A DNA stretch of 56,778 nt, from NCBI GenBank assembly GCA_012270875.1, contig JAAXHI010000253.1, positions 1-56,778 on the forward strand. Reading direction: 5' to 3'. Below the pieces are notes generated by a model. It was not told where the DNA came from. It was given only the letters and a program-made list of their open reading frames with translations, and did not search any database. Below, one piece after another: positions 34,636 to 43,479 of this stretch (the first letter of the stretch is position 1; every line of letters starts with the position of its first letter). The stretch is from Candidatus Poribacteria bacterium (GTDB taxonomy: Bacteria; Poribacteria; WGA-4E; WGA-3G). A program made the position numbers and the translations under genes.

Positions 34636-34885
34636 CGTAGGTTGGATTGAACGGAACTGAGAAGACAGATGTGAAGTTCCAGATACGCCTCAAATCCAGC
34701 ATATCGTCGGATACATTCAAGAACATAGTGAAACCCAACTTCAGATCGTCATTGGCTCAGTATCCACAAAAGTGTTGGGTTTCACTCGGTTTTTGTTTCA
34801 GGCACATCTATGAAGCAGGTTTGTTTTTCTATTGTTTTTTACGGTTTTGGTGGCATCGGTTCAACCCAACCTACGATGTTATGAG
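34636..34885. repeat. 250-bp MITE-like element with 19-bp terminal inverted repeats (Family-A arms)
   Basis: The left arm is CGTAGGTTGGATTGAACGG. The reverse complement of the right arm is CGTAGGTTGGGTTGAACCG, giving 2 mismatches. An internal 12-bp perfect inverted repeat spans 34728-34739 and 34774-34785. It contains no convincing ORF. Confidence 0.65.
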
Positions 34886-34921
34886 ACAGTTTTTCACGGT
34901 ATTTTGTAGCAGCGTCTTAAT

Positions 34922-34997
34922 AGATGCCGCCCCTACGGGGCTAAAGACCTGGGGCAAACGCGATTCTACACAGATGCCGTCCCTATGGGACTGAAGA
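34922..34997. repeat. Two 26-nt direct repeats with a palindromic core, 50-bp period
   Basis: AGATGCCGCCCCTACGGGGCTAAAGA and AGATGCCGTCCCTATGGGACTGAAGA. A third partial copy lies at 9911-9928. Confidence 0.7.
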
Positions 34998-34999
34998 AT

Positions 35000-35130
35000 G
35001 TTTGAAACCTTCAGGGTTTCCGCGTAAAATCCGGTTCGGTTAGGAAACCGAACCTACCGGTTTGGAGTATTCAGCACATAATTCTTTTTTTAAATTAACA
35101 CCTATGGCGCGGTTAAAAACCGAACCTACC
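35000..35130. repeat. Family-B composite intergenic repeat, copy 2
   Basis: See 9933-10060. Confidence 0.85.
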
Positions 35131-35163
35131 GGTCCATGTGAACCAGTATTTATGAGATAGGTT

Positions 35164-36290
35164 TTATCCAAACAGATATTTTTGCACGACATCTTCCCGC
35201 ACGGTGACCCCTAATCCCGGTGTGTCGCGGATGGCGATATAACCGTCCTCTTGTATCCACGGATCGCTGACCAGTTCGTGCTGCATCGGGGATTCGTGGG
35301 GTTTGAAATCGGTGCAATCGGCATGCGGCGAACTCGCGAGCATGTGTAGACTCGCGGCGGTGTTTAAAGCACTGCTCCATGAATGTGCGCTGAACTGAAG
35401 ACCCTCCGCCTCAACCAATTTGATGACATGTCGGCTGCCGGTGAGTCCGTGGCAACGTCCCGGATCGATTTGGACGATATCGACTCCACCGGACTGGATA
35501 AGCCGTTTGTAACTCTCAACATTCCACTCATCTTCACCTGTGCCGATAGGTGTCACGATCGCTGAGCGCAATTGGGCGTATGCTTCAAAGTTTTCAGGCG
35601 GTAGGGGTTGCTCAATCCATTTGAGCCGATAGGGTTCAAGGTCTCGGATACGTCGAATGGCTGTCGGGACATCCCAAATACGGTGGTGCCCTGGCGTGTC
35701 AACGACCAGTTCAAGTTCGTCTCCGATGACATCACGCAAGCGACGAATCAACTCGACATCACGCTGGCGATCAAGACCGAATACCGCCTCTGGTCGCATC
35801 CCCCAACCGCCTTTCACGACGCGGTAGTTCTGCTCTCGGAACCACCGAAATTCGTTGAGCGTCCAGTCGAAGTCTTCCATATCGAAGATGATTGATGCCA
35901 TTGCGACGATTTTGTCGTGTATTTGACCGCCAAGGAGTTGGCAAACGGGTAGACCGAGTGCCTTGCCTTTTAAGTCCCACAACGCCATATCCACTGCACT
36001 AACGGCGAATGCGGCGATGCCTTCGGGGCCATACCACCAGATACGGTCAAGCATTTTTGCCAGTGCCGTTCTACATCTAAACCGTTTTCACCGATAAGCA
36101 ACGGTGCAAATCCTTGCTCAATGATGATCTTCGTTGCGAGTGTTGCTTCTCGAAATTGTGAGATACATTCGCCCCAACCTACGAGACCATCGTCAGTCTC
36201 TACGCGAGCGAGTGTGATGTAGCGTTCGATGCCTTTGTAGTGTGGTTCCGGGTAGGCGAGCGGCAACGCCTGAATCTTTTGAATTTTCAT
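35164..36290 (-). pseudogene. Enolase-superfamily dehydratase interrupted by a 1-nt frameshift in an A5 run
   Basis: ORF 35970..36290 ends ..DVERHWQK, and ORF 35164..36054 begins MLDRIWWYGPEGIAAFAVSAVDMALWDLKGK. One extra A in the run (plus-strand T5 at 36054-36058) would fuse them in frame. It may be a sequencing error. Confidence 0.8.
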
Positions 36291-36291
36291 G

Positions 36292-36362
36292 TTTTTAAAG
36301 TTCCTTGCGGAGCAGTTAGTTGCGTCTAAACTATCAAGTGCGTTCCTTAAATCCGCACTCCA
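36292..36362. repeat. 71-bp perfect direct repeat, copy 1 (includes the RBS region of the frameshifted dehydratase)
   Basis: Identical to 36436-36506. Confidence 0.95.
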
Positions 36363-36435
36363 AATGTAAAGCTAAGACAAATTATGCCATTTAAGGCATA
36401 ATTTCATTACGTGCTAACGTTTTTGATGTTACGAA

Positions 36436-36506
36436 TTTTTAAAGTTCCTTGCGGAGCAGTTAGTTGCGTCTAAACTATCAAGTGCGTTCCTTAAATCCGC
36501 ACTCCA
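36436..36506. repeat. 71-bp perfect direct repeat, copy 2
   Basis: Identical to 36292-36362, at an offset of 144 bp. Confidence 0.95.
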
Positions 36507-36525
36507 CTGTGTTACGTGCTAAACA

Positions 36526-38469
36526 CTACGGCCAGATTCCATAAGTCGGTATATTAAACAGCATGCCCAATATTGTCCATAGACTCCCGACGGTAAATTG
36601 TCCCAATATCAGTCCGAGAAAAAACGGCATCGCCTTTTGATGGGCATTTCTTCCACCATATTTCAGTAGCATTAATTTCAATCCCCACGCCACCAATAGC
36701 GTGAACCAGATGTAATTGACCGCCCAACTCCCACACACGGCGGCGTAGGCTGCCGGATGAAAAGGGAACCAGAAAAACTTCATCCGCATCAACATGAGGA
36801 AAAGCGAGAAGAGTAGACCAATTCCGGTAAATCCTAACGCCCAATAGTCCGGATCAAGCGGATGTGCTAACCAGTTCTGTAGCTGCCGCCACGGTTCAGC
36901 CCCGTATATCAATGGAACGTGGGACATCTCGTGTACAGCACCGAGTCGGTAAGGTATAGATATAAGTGCCCAAAATTGTGAGAGGATCCCGACGAACAGT
37001 GCCGCAAGGATCGCAAATAGCATAAAACGACTTCGGATGCCTGACGTTGAGGCAAGCTTGAAGCCTTCAAGTTGATGCGGCATCGGATGCGAATCGAAGG
37101 TCCGCGTAAAAAACCAGAAAAAAGAGAACATCGAAAGATTATTCGGTCCCAGTTGACGGGTACCGACAGCGGCGACCATGACCCGTTCAGGTCCCGTATA
37201 GTGTAAGTCGTGCATTGGCGATCCGAGTTCAGCGCGCATCCGGGAAACCGCCGTTGAAAAAGCAAAATAGAGTCCGAAGAAGACAAGAATCGCCCAGAGA
37301 GACATACCGGCTTTCAAACAAAAAAAGATCAGAAACGCAATGCCAGCAATAAGTGCGAGAACAATGGCTCGATGCGACATTGGTTCATCCCGTGTGGGTG
37401 TAGAATTGACTTTCGTTTTCGATAAGTTCTGTAGGTATTTTCTGCCCCTCCAAACGGCGATCAGAAAGATACCCATGTACGCGCCGAACCCCTGATAGTT
37501 GATGTAAGGATAGCCCGTTCCTTCTATGCCCATCACGCTGCCGGTGATCTGTTGCATCTTCCATATCCAAAAGAAGAACCAACTTGAAAACAACAGGTCC
37601 AACGGAATCAGAAATCCGATGCCTAAAACAAACGGGTAAATCCCTAATCTCAACCACCCCATTGCGGAGAACGGTTTCTCTGTGAATCTAAAACGGTATT
37701 CTTTCTCGAATACGGAAGGGATTGCGGGAAAGATGTGGTGGAGACCGTTAATGGTATCGAAAGCCACTGTAAGCCCGAAAGCGATCCACATCAGCCGATT
37801 CGTGAAGAAACCCTCGCTCGTCATTCGCGCCGGAAGCTGGATAATCGGATATGCCAGTTTTTCATCTTCCGTCCACGGTTTTCGCACGATCAGCGTGATG
37901 CAAACCATAACGAAAAGCATCGCGAAGAGAAAACCAAACCAACTCATCACAGGCGTTAGCCAGCCCAACAGGTGCTGCTTTGTGTAGAGCGTAGAATCTC
38001 CTTCGTAGTAGCCCGAAAGAACGTCCTTATCCGCTACCGCAAGCCATCTCGGAATATACCGCCAAAACAGGTCTTTCCAATCGTTCTCTGGCGTTGCGAA
38101 CCAGAAAGCGTGCCCCAACGTGGAGACCAGAATCTCCATCATGCTGTGTCCGGCAGTCGCTGATGCGACGGATAACATGACATAGATGACAAGGAGTTCA
38201 CCTTGAGATAGTGCCAACCGAGGCAGGAATCGCTTGAGTATTCGGTTGAGTCCTATCAACACAAGGACGTTGAAAACAACCGTGAAAATGAGCGAAACGA
38301 TGGTGGGCTGTGCGGAATATTGGACGAGTTCAATGTAGGTAATCCAATAACAATTGATAGGAATGAGAAGAAGTCCAATTGCTATCGACCACCAGTAGGA
38401 ACGAGGTGACCTCGCCCCTACAGATAAAGAAGATTTTGATGGGGATCGGGTCGGTTTCGGGTGCGGCAT
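36526..38469 (-). CDS. Large polytopic membrane protein (647 aa), unknown function
   Basis: It has about 14 or more hydrophobic segments and no motif I recognise. Its start shares one nucleotide with the stop of the upstream lipoprotein gene. Confidence 0.75.
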   Translation of the reverse strand: MPHPKPTRSPSKSSLSVGARSPRSYWWSIAIGLLLIPINCYWITYIELVQYSAQPTIVSLIFTVVFNVLVLIGLNRILKRFLPRLALSQGELLVIYVMLSVASATAGHSMMEILVSTLGHAFWFATPENDWKDLFWRYIPRWLAVADKDVLSGYYEGDSTLYTKQHLLGWLTPVMSWFGFLFAMLFVMVCITLIVRKPWTEDEKLAYPIIQLPARMTSEGFFTNRLMWIAFGLTVAFDTINGLHHIFPAIPSVFEKEYRFRFTEKPFSAMGWLRLGIYPFVLGIGFLIPLDLLFSSWFFFWIWKMQQITGSVMGIEGTGYPYINYQGFGAYMGIFLIAVWRGRKYLQNLSKTKVNSTPTRDEPMSHRAIVLALIAGIAFLIFFCLKAGMSLWAILVFFGLYFAFSTAVSRMRAELGSPMHDLHYTGPERVMVAAVGTRQLGPNNLSMFSFFWFFTRTFDSHPMPHQLEGFKLASTSGIRSRFMLFAILAALFVGILSQFWALISIPYRLGAVHEMSHVPLIYGAEPWRQLQNWLAHPLDPDYWALGFTGIGLLFSLFLMLMRMKFFWFPFHPAAYAAVCGSWAVNYIWFTLLVAWGLKLMLLKYGGRNAHQKAMPFFLGLILGQFTVGSLWTILGMLFNIPTYGIWP

Positions 38470-38861
38470 TACAGATTTTTCTTATACTTGATAAAAATCG
38501 CTTTGACCTGTAATACTCTCGTGTTTAGTGTGTGTTCGTTCCCTACGGCATCAACTGTAGTTGTTTCGCCGGTCTTTACCCGATCTATTTCTTCAAAAAT
38601 GATGCCATCAGCCCCGTTCTCGCGTGCCTTTTCTATTAACCTTTCTTGTAACTCCTCTGCGGTACCTCCCTCTGCAGTAGCATGTCCCATCTGCTGATAG
38701 TTTTCGGATACATCATCCTCTGAAAAGTAAACATCCACATGGGAGGTAGGCGAATAGGTATCCCCGATATAATCGATGTCATCACCGCAAGCGGTGAGAA
38801 ATAAGCTTAATACCACCATCAGTAAGACGACGGTTTTTCCATTCACATTTACGTGCAACAT
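38469..38861 (-). CDS. Lipoprotein (130 aa), unknown function
   Basis: The signal peptide has a lipobox, LFLTAC. Confidence 0.7.
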   Translation of the reverse strand: MLHVNVNGKTVVLLMVVLSLFLTACGDDIDYIGDTYSPTSHVDVYFSEDDVSENYQQMGHATAEGGTAEELQERLIEKARENGADGIIFEEIDRVKTGETTTVDAVGNEHTLNTRVLQVKAIFIKYKKNL

Positions 38862-38891
38862 GAGAAAGCCTCCGATGTTTGGATTTTCGAT

Positions 38892-39719
38892 TTAAGACTT
38901 ATCTGACAATGTGCTACCGTTTCGGTATGAGAAAACCAGTGGCAGATGCACATCGTCCGCCAACACGTCGCCAGCCTTCAACTTCGCGTACACTTCATCG
39001 GGCAACGCGCTTTTCTTACCGTTGAATGTGGCATCCTCCGGCATAAAGAGCATCGCAAACGCACGGCGAGGATGCGTCGTCATATTCGGTCCCGCTGCAT
39101 GTGCGACCATCCCGCTGATGAATACACCGTCACCGGCTTTCATCTCAGCGGCATAAGGTTCAATTTCTGCCCACTCTGGATATTCGCGGAACAGTTCACC
39201 GATGCCGACTTCTCCGAGATTTCCACCGACCTCAAAGCCACTCGTCTTATGGGTGCCGGGCAGAAAATACAGACAGCCGTTTTGAACCGTTGTATCGTCG
39301 AGTGCTACCCAGAACATGATCGCCTGATGTGAATAAAACGGGTCGTAGGGATTATCGACATGGAAGTTCGTCGGGTTTGCCCAGGGTTGCTTAAACATGG
39401 CGTGGTCGTGATACAACCGCACGCCTGAAGTGCCAGCGATATCTGCCGCCATTTTACCCAATTGCGGGTCGAGAATCAACTGTTTAATCTTCTCGTTTGT
39501 CTTCCACAAATTGACGCATTGAACGAAGACGTTCCCGTAGTAACTGTCTTCTCCTTTTTGGTTGTGAAAGGCATCATCACGGTTCACATGTTGCGTAACA
39601 GCCTCATCAACGGCATCCTGCCACAACGACAACTCGTCCCCTCGCAGAAAATCGTCAATAACCAGAAATCCGTTTTCACGGTAAAATTCAATCTGCTCGC
39701 TTGTTAGTTGTGTATTCAT
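38892..39719 (-). CDS. Phytanoyl-CoA dioxygenase (PhyH) family oxygenase
   Basis: The N-terminus LTSEQIEFYRENGFLVIDDFL is typical, and HVDNPYD carries H-x-D. Confidence 0.85.
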   Translation of the reverse strand: MNTQLTSEQIEFYRENGFLVIDDFLRGDELSLWQDAVDEAVTQHVNRDDAFHNQKGEDSYYGNVFVQCVNLWKTNEKIKQLILDPQLGKMAADIAGTSGVRLYHDHAMFKQPWANPTNFHVDNPYDPFYSHQAIMFWVALDDTTVQNGCLYFLPGTHKTSGFEVGGNLGEVGIGELFREYPEWAEIEPYAAEMKAGDGVFISGMVAHAAGPNMTTHPRRAFAMLFMPEDATFNGKKSALPDEVYAKLKAGDVLADDVHLPLVFSYRNGSTLSDKS

Positions 39720-39736
39720 GGGGTCTTAGGTGCTTC

Positions 39737-40540
39737 TCAATCATAATTACTGGGTCGATGGTCGCCCATAAGCCGTTTCTGTCGCGGGGTGGCTTGGGCG
39801 AGAATGGATGCATCAAACTGAAATTTATTCAGATAGGGCGGATATTTCTGCGTAATCATCCGATTGGCATAGTGGACCTGCATGAGGTAACGGGTCTCGT
39901 CGCTCGTATTCGCAGAACCACGATGCCAGACTTCACTCCGAAAAAGCACCACATCCCCCGCATGGCATAAGATACTCTCTTCACCTCGGTTATTCCATTC
40001 GGTTGCTCCGTTTGGGGAACACCCAGAGAAATGGCTGCCCGGCACAAACTTCGTCGGTCCCAGTTCCTCGTACATGTCGTTGAGGTAGTAATGCGCGGTG
40101 GTGATGAAGATTGGGATTTTGACGCGCGGATCGGAACGAACATCAGCCGGTAAGGAGATTGGCAGCCAATCCGAGTGCAACCCTTGATCCGGACGACCCG
40201 GACCCGTCAGCCACGAATGCATGCCGATGCAATGAAAATCCTCACCGTGCGCCGCTTCGGCAACTTCAAAGACAGGGGACCTGTCGAGGAATTGGAGATA
40301 CAACGGATCCCGATTAAAGGAGTTACTGATGAGCTTATGGAGGAAGGCATCGCCATTCTCAAGTGCTTCATCCCGATCATGAGACGCTGGAATCGCCTCT
40401 AATCGGTCCATGGTTGCCCGCAGTTCCGCGATTTCATCGGCATCAAGCACACTGGGAAAATAGACATAACCGTCCCTTTCGAGTGCTCCCACTTGACTTT
40501 CTAAGTCGTTGTGTGCCACGAGTGAGAGTGCCTTCGCCAT
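39737..40540 (-). CDS. PhyH-family oxygenase, paralog A
   Basis: GLHSDW (H-x-D) and EVWHRGSAN are present. The start is at MAKALS (40540, AAGGAG RBS), by analogy with paralog B. Confidence 0.85.
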   Translation of the reverse strand: MAKALSLVAHNDLESQVGALERDGYVYFPSVLDADEIAELRATMDRLEAIPASHDRDEALENGDAFLHKLISNSFNRDPLYLQFLDRSPVFEVAEAAHGEDFHCIGMHSWLTGPGRPDQGLHSDWLPISLPADVRSDPRVKIPIFITTAHYYLNDMYEELGPTKFVPGSHFSGCSPNGATEWNNRGEESILCHAGDVVLFRSEVWHRGSANTSDETRYLMQVHYANRMITQKYPPYLNKFQFDASILAQATPRQKRLMGDHRPSNYD

Positions 40541-40600
40541 TTTGGGTTGCTCCTTCTGGGCAGTTGACAATAATGTTCGCTGCTTCAATCTAAAGACCGA

Positions 40601-42343
40601 TTACTCGCGTTTCTCACCCGGTTTCCGTCGAAGCTTTGATGCATAACCATCCCCTTCCGGATCGTACGAAACGGATACCTGACCATCTTCGACAACCAGA
40701 CGCGGTACAGTCCGGTGGCGACCATCCCGTTCGGGACCTCGCATTACGGAGAATTGTGCCTCGGTCATATCTTCAACCATATCGCCCCATCGGTCTTGTG
40801 GATCAAGCACACCGCCGCCCCAATTGACATTTTTCGATTGATACTTAATGAGGACCCCGCGTCTGGGGATCGGATTCTTCCACGCTAAGGCACCGTGTGT
40901 GCAACCGCCGTCCATAAAGAAGAGCACATCCCCTGCCTTCATGACGGGTTGTACGACTAAACCCATGGTATCATCACACGTGCGAATTCCACGGGGCATG
41001 GAGTATTGCGTCTTATGAGACCCGGGGACACAAGCAAAACCACCCAATCCGGGTTCGACATCGCGGAGTTGCCACGTAATGGTAACAGTCTCAGCATAGC
41101 TGCGTCCGTTTTTGAAAGTATAACCGTGTGATGGGGTCATCGGTTCATTTCCATCGTGTAGCGAGTGCCCTGATGTGCCTTGAACCGCACAGAATACGGT
41201 CGCGCCACTCATGCGATAGCCGCTACCGCCCATCCAATTGAGTCGCTGCACCACGGCGGGGTGCGCAATCATGCGTCGGAACGGCGCGTTATACGGATCA
41301 GGTAAGTCTAACAAGCCCGGCAGGAGCGGACGACCTGTGCCAGCCTGACTTATTGACCCGCGAGCTAATTCTTCGCCTACGACGATCCGATCTTGGAATT
41401 TATCCACCGCCTCATTGGCTTCTGCAAGCCACTGTTCATCCATCAGTCCGCGCACCACTACATACCCATTTAGATCCGAAAAATAAAACTCTTTCTCGTC
41501 AATGCCAGAATCTGGGTCACGGGTATAAATTGATGGGTGAATGACCGTAGTATCTTCTTCTACCCACGTCTCTTCGCCATCTGTATTTAACACCGGTGGC
41601 GGATATGAACCTTTGTAGCCAGGGACATACATGACCGCCTTTTGTGCAGGCGTTGCTTCGTCCGCCCATCCCGGTAAAGACTCAGTTTCCGAGTAGGGTC
41701 CCGGTGGGTTGGACTGCACTGCTGCACGCGCGGCATACCAGTAGCTCAACAACCTTTTCGGCTCGTCTTTCCAAGGGTAAACGCCTTGAAGCGTAGGGAC
41801 CGCGACTAAAAAGAGATCCCCTGCCTTCAGTACCGGCTGCACCGCTAACCCCATATCATCAACACCGGTCGCCAAGTCGTGCGGTGTTTCGACGTTGCTC
41901 TTGTGGCTTGCCTGAACGACGACGAGTCCACCGTCGTCTTCGGCGACATCTTCCAATGCCCAAATCGCTCTCACTCCCTGACAGCGCCTTTGACCGTTTT
42001 GTAGGCGATATGCCAAGGACGGATTTCGCGGTTCATCACCGCCGACGAGTGGCGCGCCTACTTCACCTTCGCGATGTCCTAACAATTGAGGTGCCTGATC
42101 GAGTCGGAAGCCGTGTCCTACGATCTGGTTCAAATACCAGACCAATTTCGGCTGTACCAGTAGATCGCGGAACAATTCGCGATGCGGACTGTCTCCGCCT
42201 AACAGTGTCTTACTCTCTCCAACTGCATCCAATGCCTCGTTGAGTGCCGTCACCTCTTCTTGACTGAGAACACCCGGTACGTGTAGATAGCCTGCCACAT
42301 CAAAAGCGTAATTCTCTTCATTGCTCATTACTTCATTGTCCAT
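40601..42343 (-). CDS. Tandem double PhyH-domain protein (580 aa)
   Basis: There are two PhyH-like halves. The first starts YAFDVAGYLHVPGVLSQEEVTALNEAL and the second starts FYFSDLNGYVVVRGLMDEQWLAEANEAV. Confidence 0.8.
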   Translation of the reverse strand: MDNEVMSNEENYAFDVAGYLHVPGVLSQEEVTALNEALDAVGESKTLLGGDSPHRELFRDLLVQPKLVWYLNQIVGHGFRLDQAPQLLGHREGEVGAPLVGGDEPRNPSLAYRLQNGQRRCQGVRAIWALEDVAEDDGGLVVVQASHKSNVETPHDLATGVDDMGLAVQPVLKAGDLFLVAVPTLQGVYPWKDEPKRLLSYWYAARAAVQSNPPGPYSETESLPGWADEATPAQKAVMYVPGYKGSYPPPVLNTDGEETWVEEDTTVIHPSIYTRDPDSGIDEKEFYFSDLNGYVVVRGLMDEQWLAEANEAVDKFQDRIVVGEELARGSISQAGTGRPLLPGLLDLPDPYNAPFRRMIAHPAVVQRLNWMGGSGYRMSGATVFCAVQGTSGHSLHDGNEPMTPSHGYTFKNGRSYAETVTITWQLRDVEPGLGGFACVPGSHKTQYSMPRGIRTCDDTMGLVVQPVMKAGDVLFFMDGGCTHGALAWKNPIPRRGVLIKYQSKNVNWGGGVLDPQDRWGDMVEDMTEAQFSVMRGPERDGRHRTVPRLVVEDGQVSVSYDPEGDGYASKLRRKPGEKRE

Positions 42344-42532
42344 TTGTCCCTCCTGCTATAGATAAGCAGTCAATACAATTTTAGTGGTCTGTAAGGCAAA
42401 TATAACAAACGTCTATTCCCTTCGACGAGCGGTGTCCGGCAACTCAGGCGGTCCATAATTCTAAAGGGCACCACTACTGGCTGTCCAATCGCTCAAATCC
42501 AACAAAAACATATCTCAAATTATGTCTTACCT

Positions 42533-43336
42533 TCAATCATAATTGCTCGGTCGATGGTCGCCGAGGAGTCGCCTCTGCCGAGGGTTGGTTTGGTCGAGAA
42601 TGGATGCATCGAACTGAAATTTATTTAGATAGGGCGGGTATTTCTGTGTAATCATCCGCATGGCATAGTGGACCTGTAAGAGGTATCGGGTTTCGTCAGC
42701 CGTATTTGCAGAACCCCGATGCCAGACTTCACTGCGGAAGAGTACCACATCCCCCGCATTGCACAAGATGCTCTCTTCTGTCCGGTTATTCCATTCGGTT
42801 GCTCCGTTTGGAGAACATCCGGAGTAATGGCTGCCCGGAACGAACTTTGTCGGTCCCAGTGCCTCATACATATCGTTGAGATAGTAATGGGCAGTGGTGA
42901 TAAAGATCGGGACTTTGACGCGTGGATCGGAACGGACATCTGCAGGTAAAGCGATTGGCAACCAATCGGTATGTAATCCCTGATCTGGTCGTCCGGGTCC
43001 CGTCAGCCACGATTGCATACCGATGCAATGACAATCGTCGCCGTGCGTCGCTTCGGCGACTTCAATAATCGGTGATTTGTCGAGGAATTGGAGATAGAAT
43101 GGATCGCGATTAAACGAGTTGTTGATGATTTTGTTGAGGAATCCATCGCCATTTTGAGGCGTTTGGTGCCGATCCAGACATTCAGGGATCGCCTCTAATC
43201 GGTCCATGGTTGCTCGCAGTTCCGCGATTTCATCAGCATCAAGCACGTTAGGGAAATAGACGTAACCGTCCCTTTCGAGTGCTTCCACTTGGTGTTCTAA
43301 ATTGTCGTATGCCACGAGTGAGAGGGCTTTTGCCAT
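42533..43336 (-). CDS. PhyH-family oxygenase, paralog B
   Basis: In my manual alignment, 226 of 267 residues are identical to paralog A. Confidence 0.85.
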   Translation of the reverse strand: MAKALSLVAYDNLEHQVEALERDGYVYFPNVLDADEIAELRATMDRLEAIPECLDRHQTPQNGDGFLNKIINNSFNRDPFYLQFLDKSPIIEVAEATHGDDCHCIGMQSWLTGPGRPDQGLHTDWLPIALPADVRSDPRVKVPIFITTAHYYLNDMYEALGPTKFVPGSHYSGCSPNGATEWNNRTEESILCNAGDVVLFRSEVWHRGSANTADETRYLLQVHYAMRMITQKYPPYLNKFQFDASILDQTNPRQRRLLGDHRPSNYD

Positions 43337-43382
43337 TTTCGGTACTCCTTTCGGATGATAGCAGGGGTCAACACCTATTGTT

Positions 43383-43412
43383 ATGATATGTTATCCACAA
43401 CGAAGTTGTCAA
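43383..43412 (-). promoter_or_regulatory. Possible sigma-70 promoter ahead of the PhyH array
   Basis: On the minus strand: TTGACA, 18 nt, TATCAT, about 45 nt upstream of the ATG at 43336. Confidence 0.4.
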
Positions 43413-43479
43413 TGAAAAAATATGTCGGCACTGGATTTCTTCTAAGGTTCACCAGAAAATGATTGCTCCGATACCTCAA

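Noticed and set aside
34922-34997. A CRISPR-like pair of 26-nt repeats with a palindromic core (CCCCTACGGGG), separated by a 24-nt spacer.
   Set aside because: There are only two copies with 4 mismatches. The spacer is too short, and there are no cas genes or leader. A related motif occurs singly at 9911-9928, so it fits the interspersed-repeat families better.
36292-36506. The 71-bp perfect repeats considered as a possible CRISPR or integron attC array.
   Set aside because: There are only two copies. The unit is far longer than CRISPR repeats, and it has no attC-like imperfect palindrome pair and no integrase.
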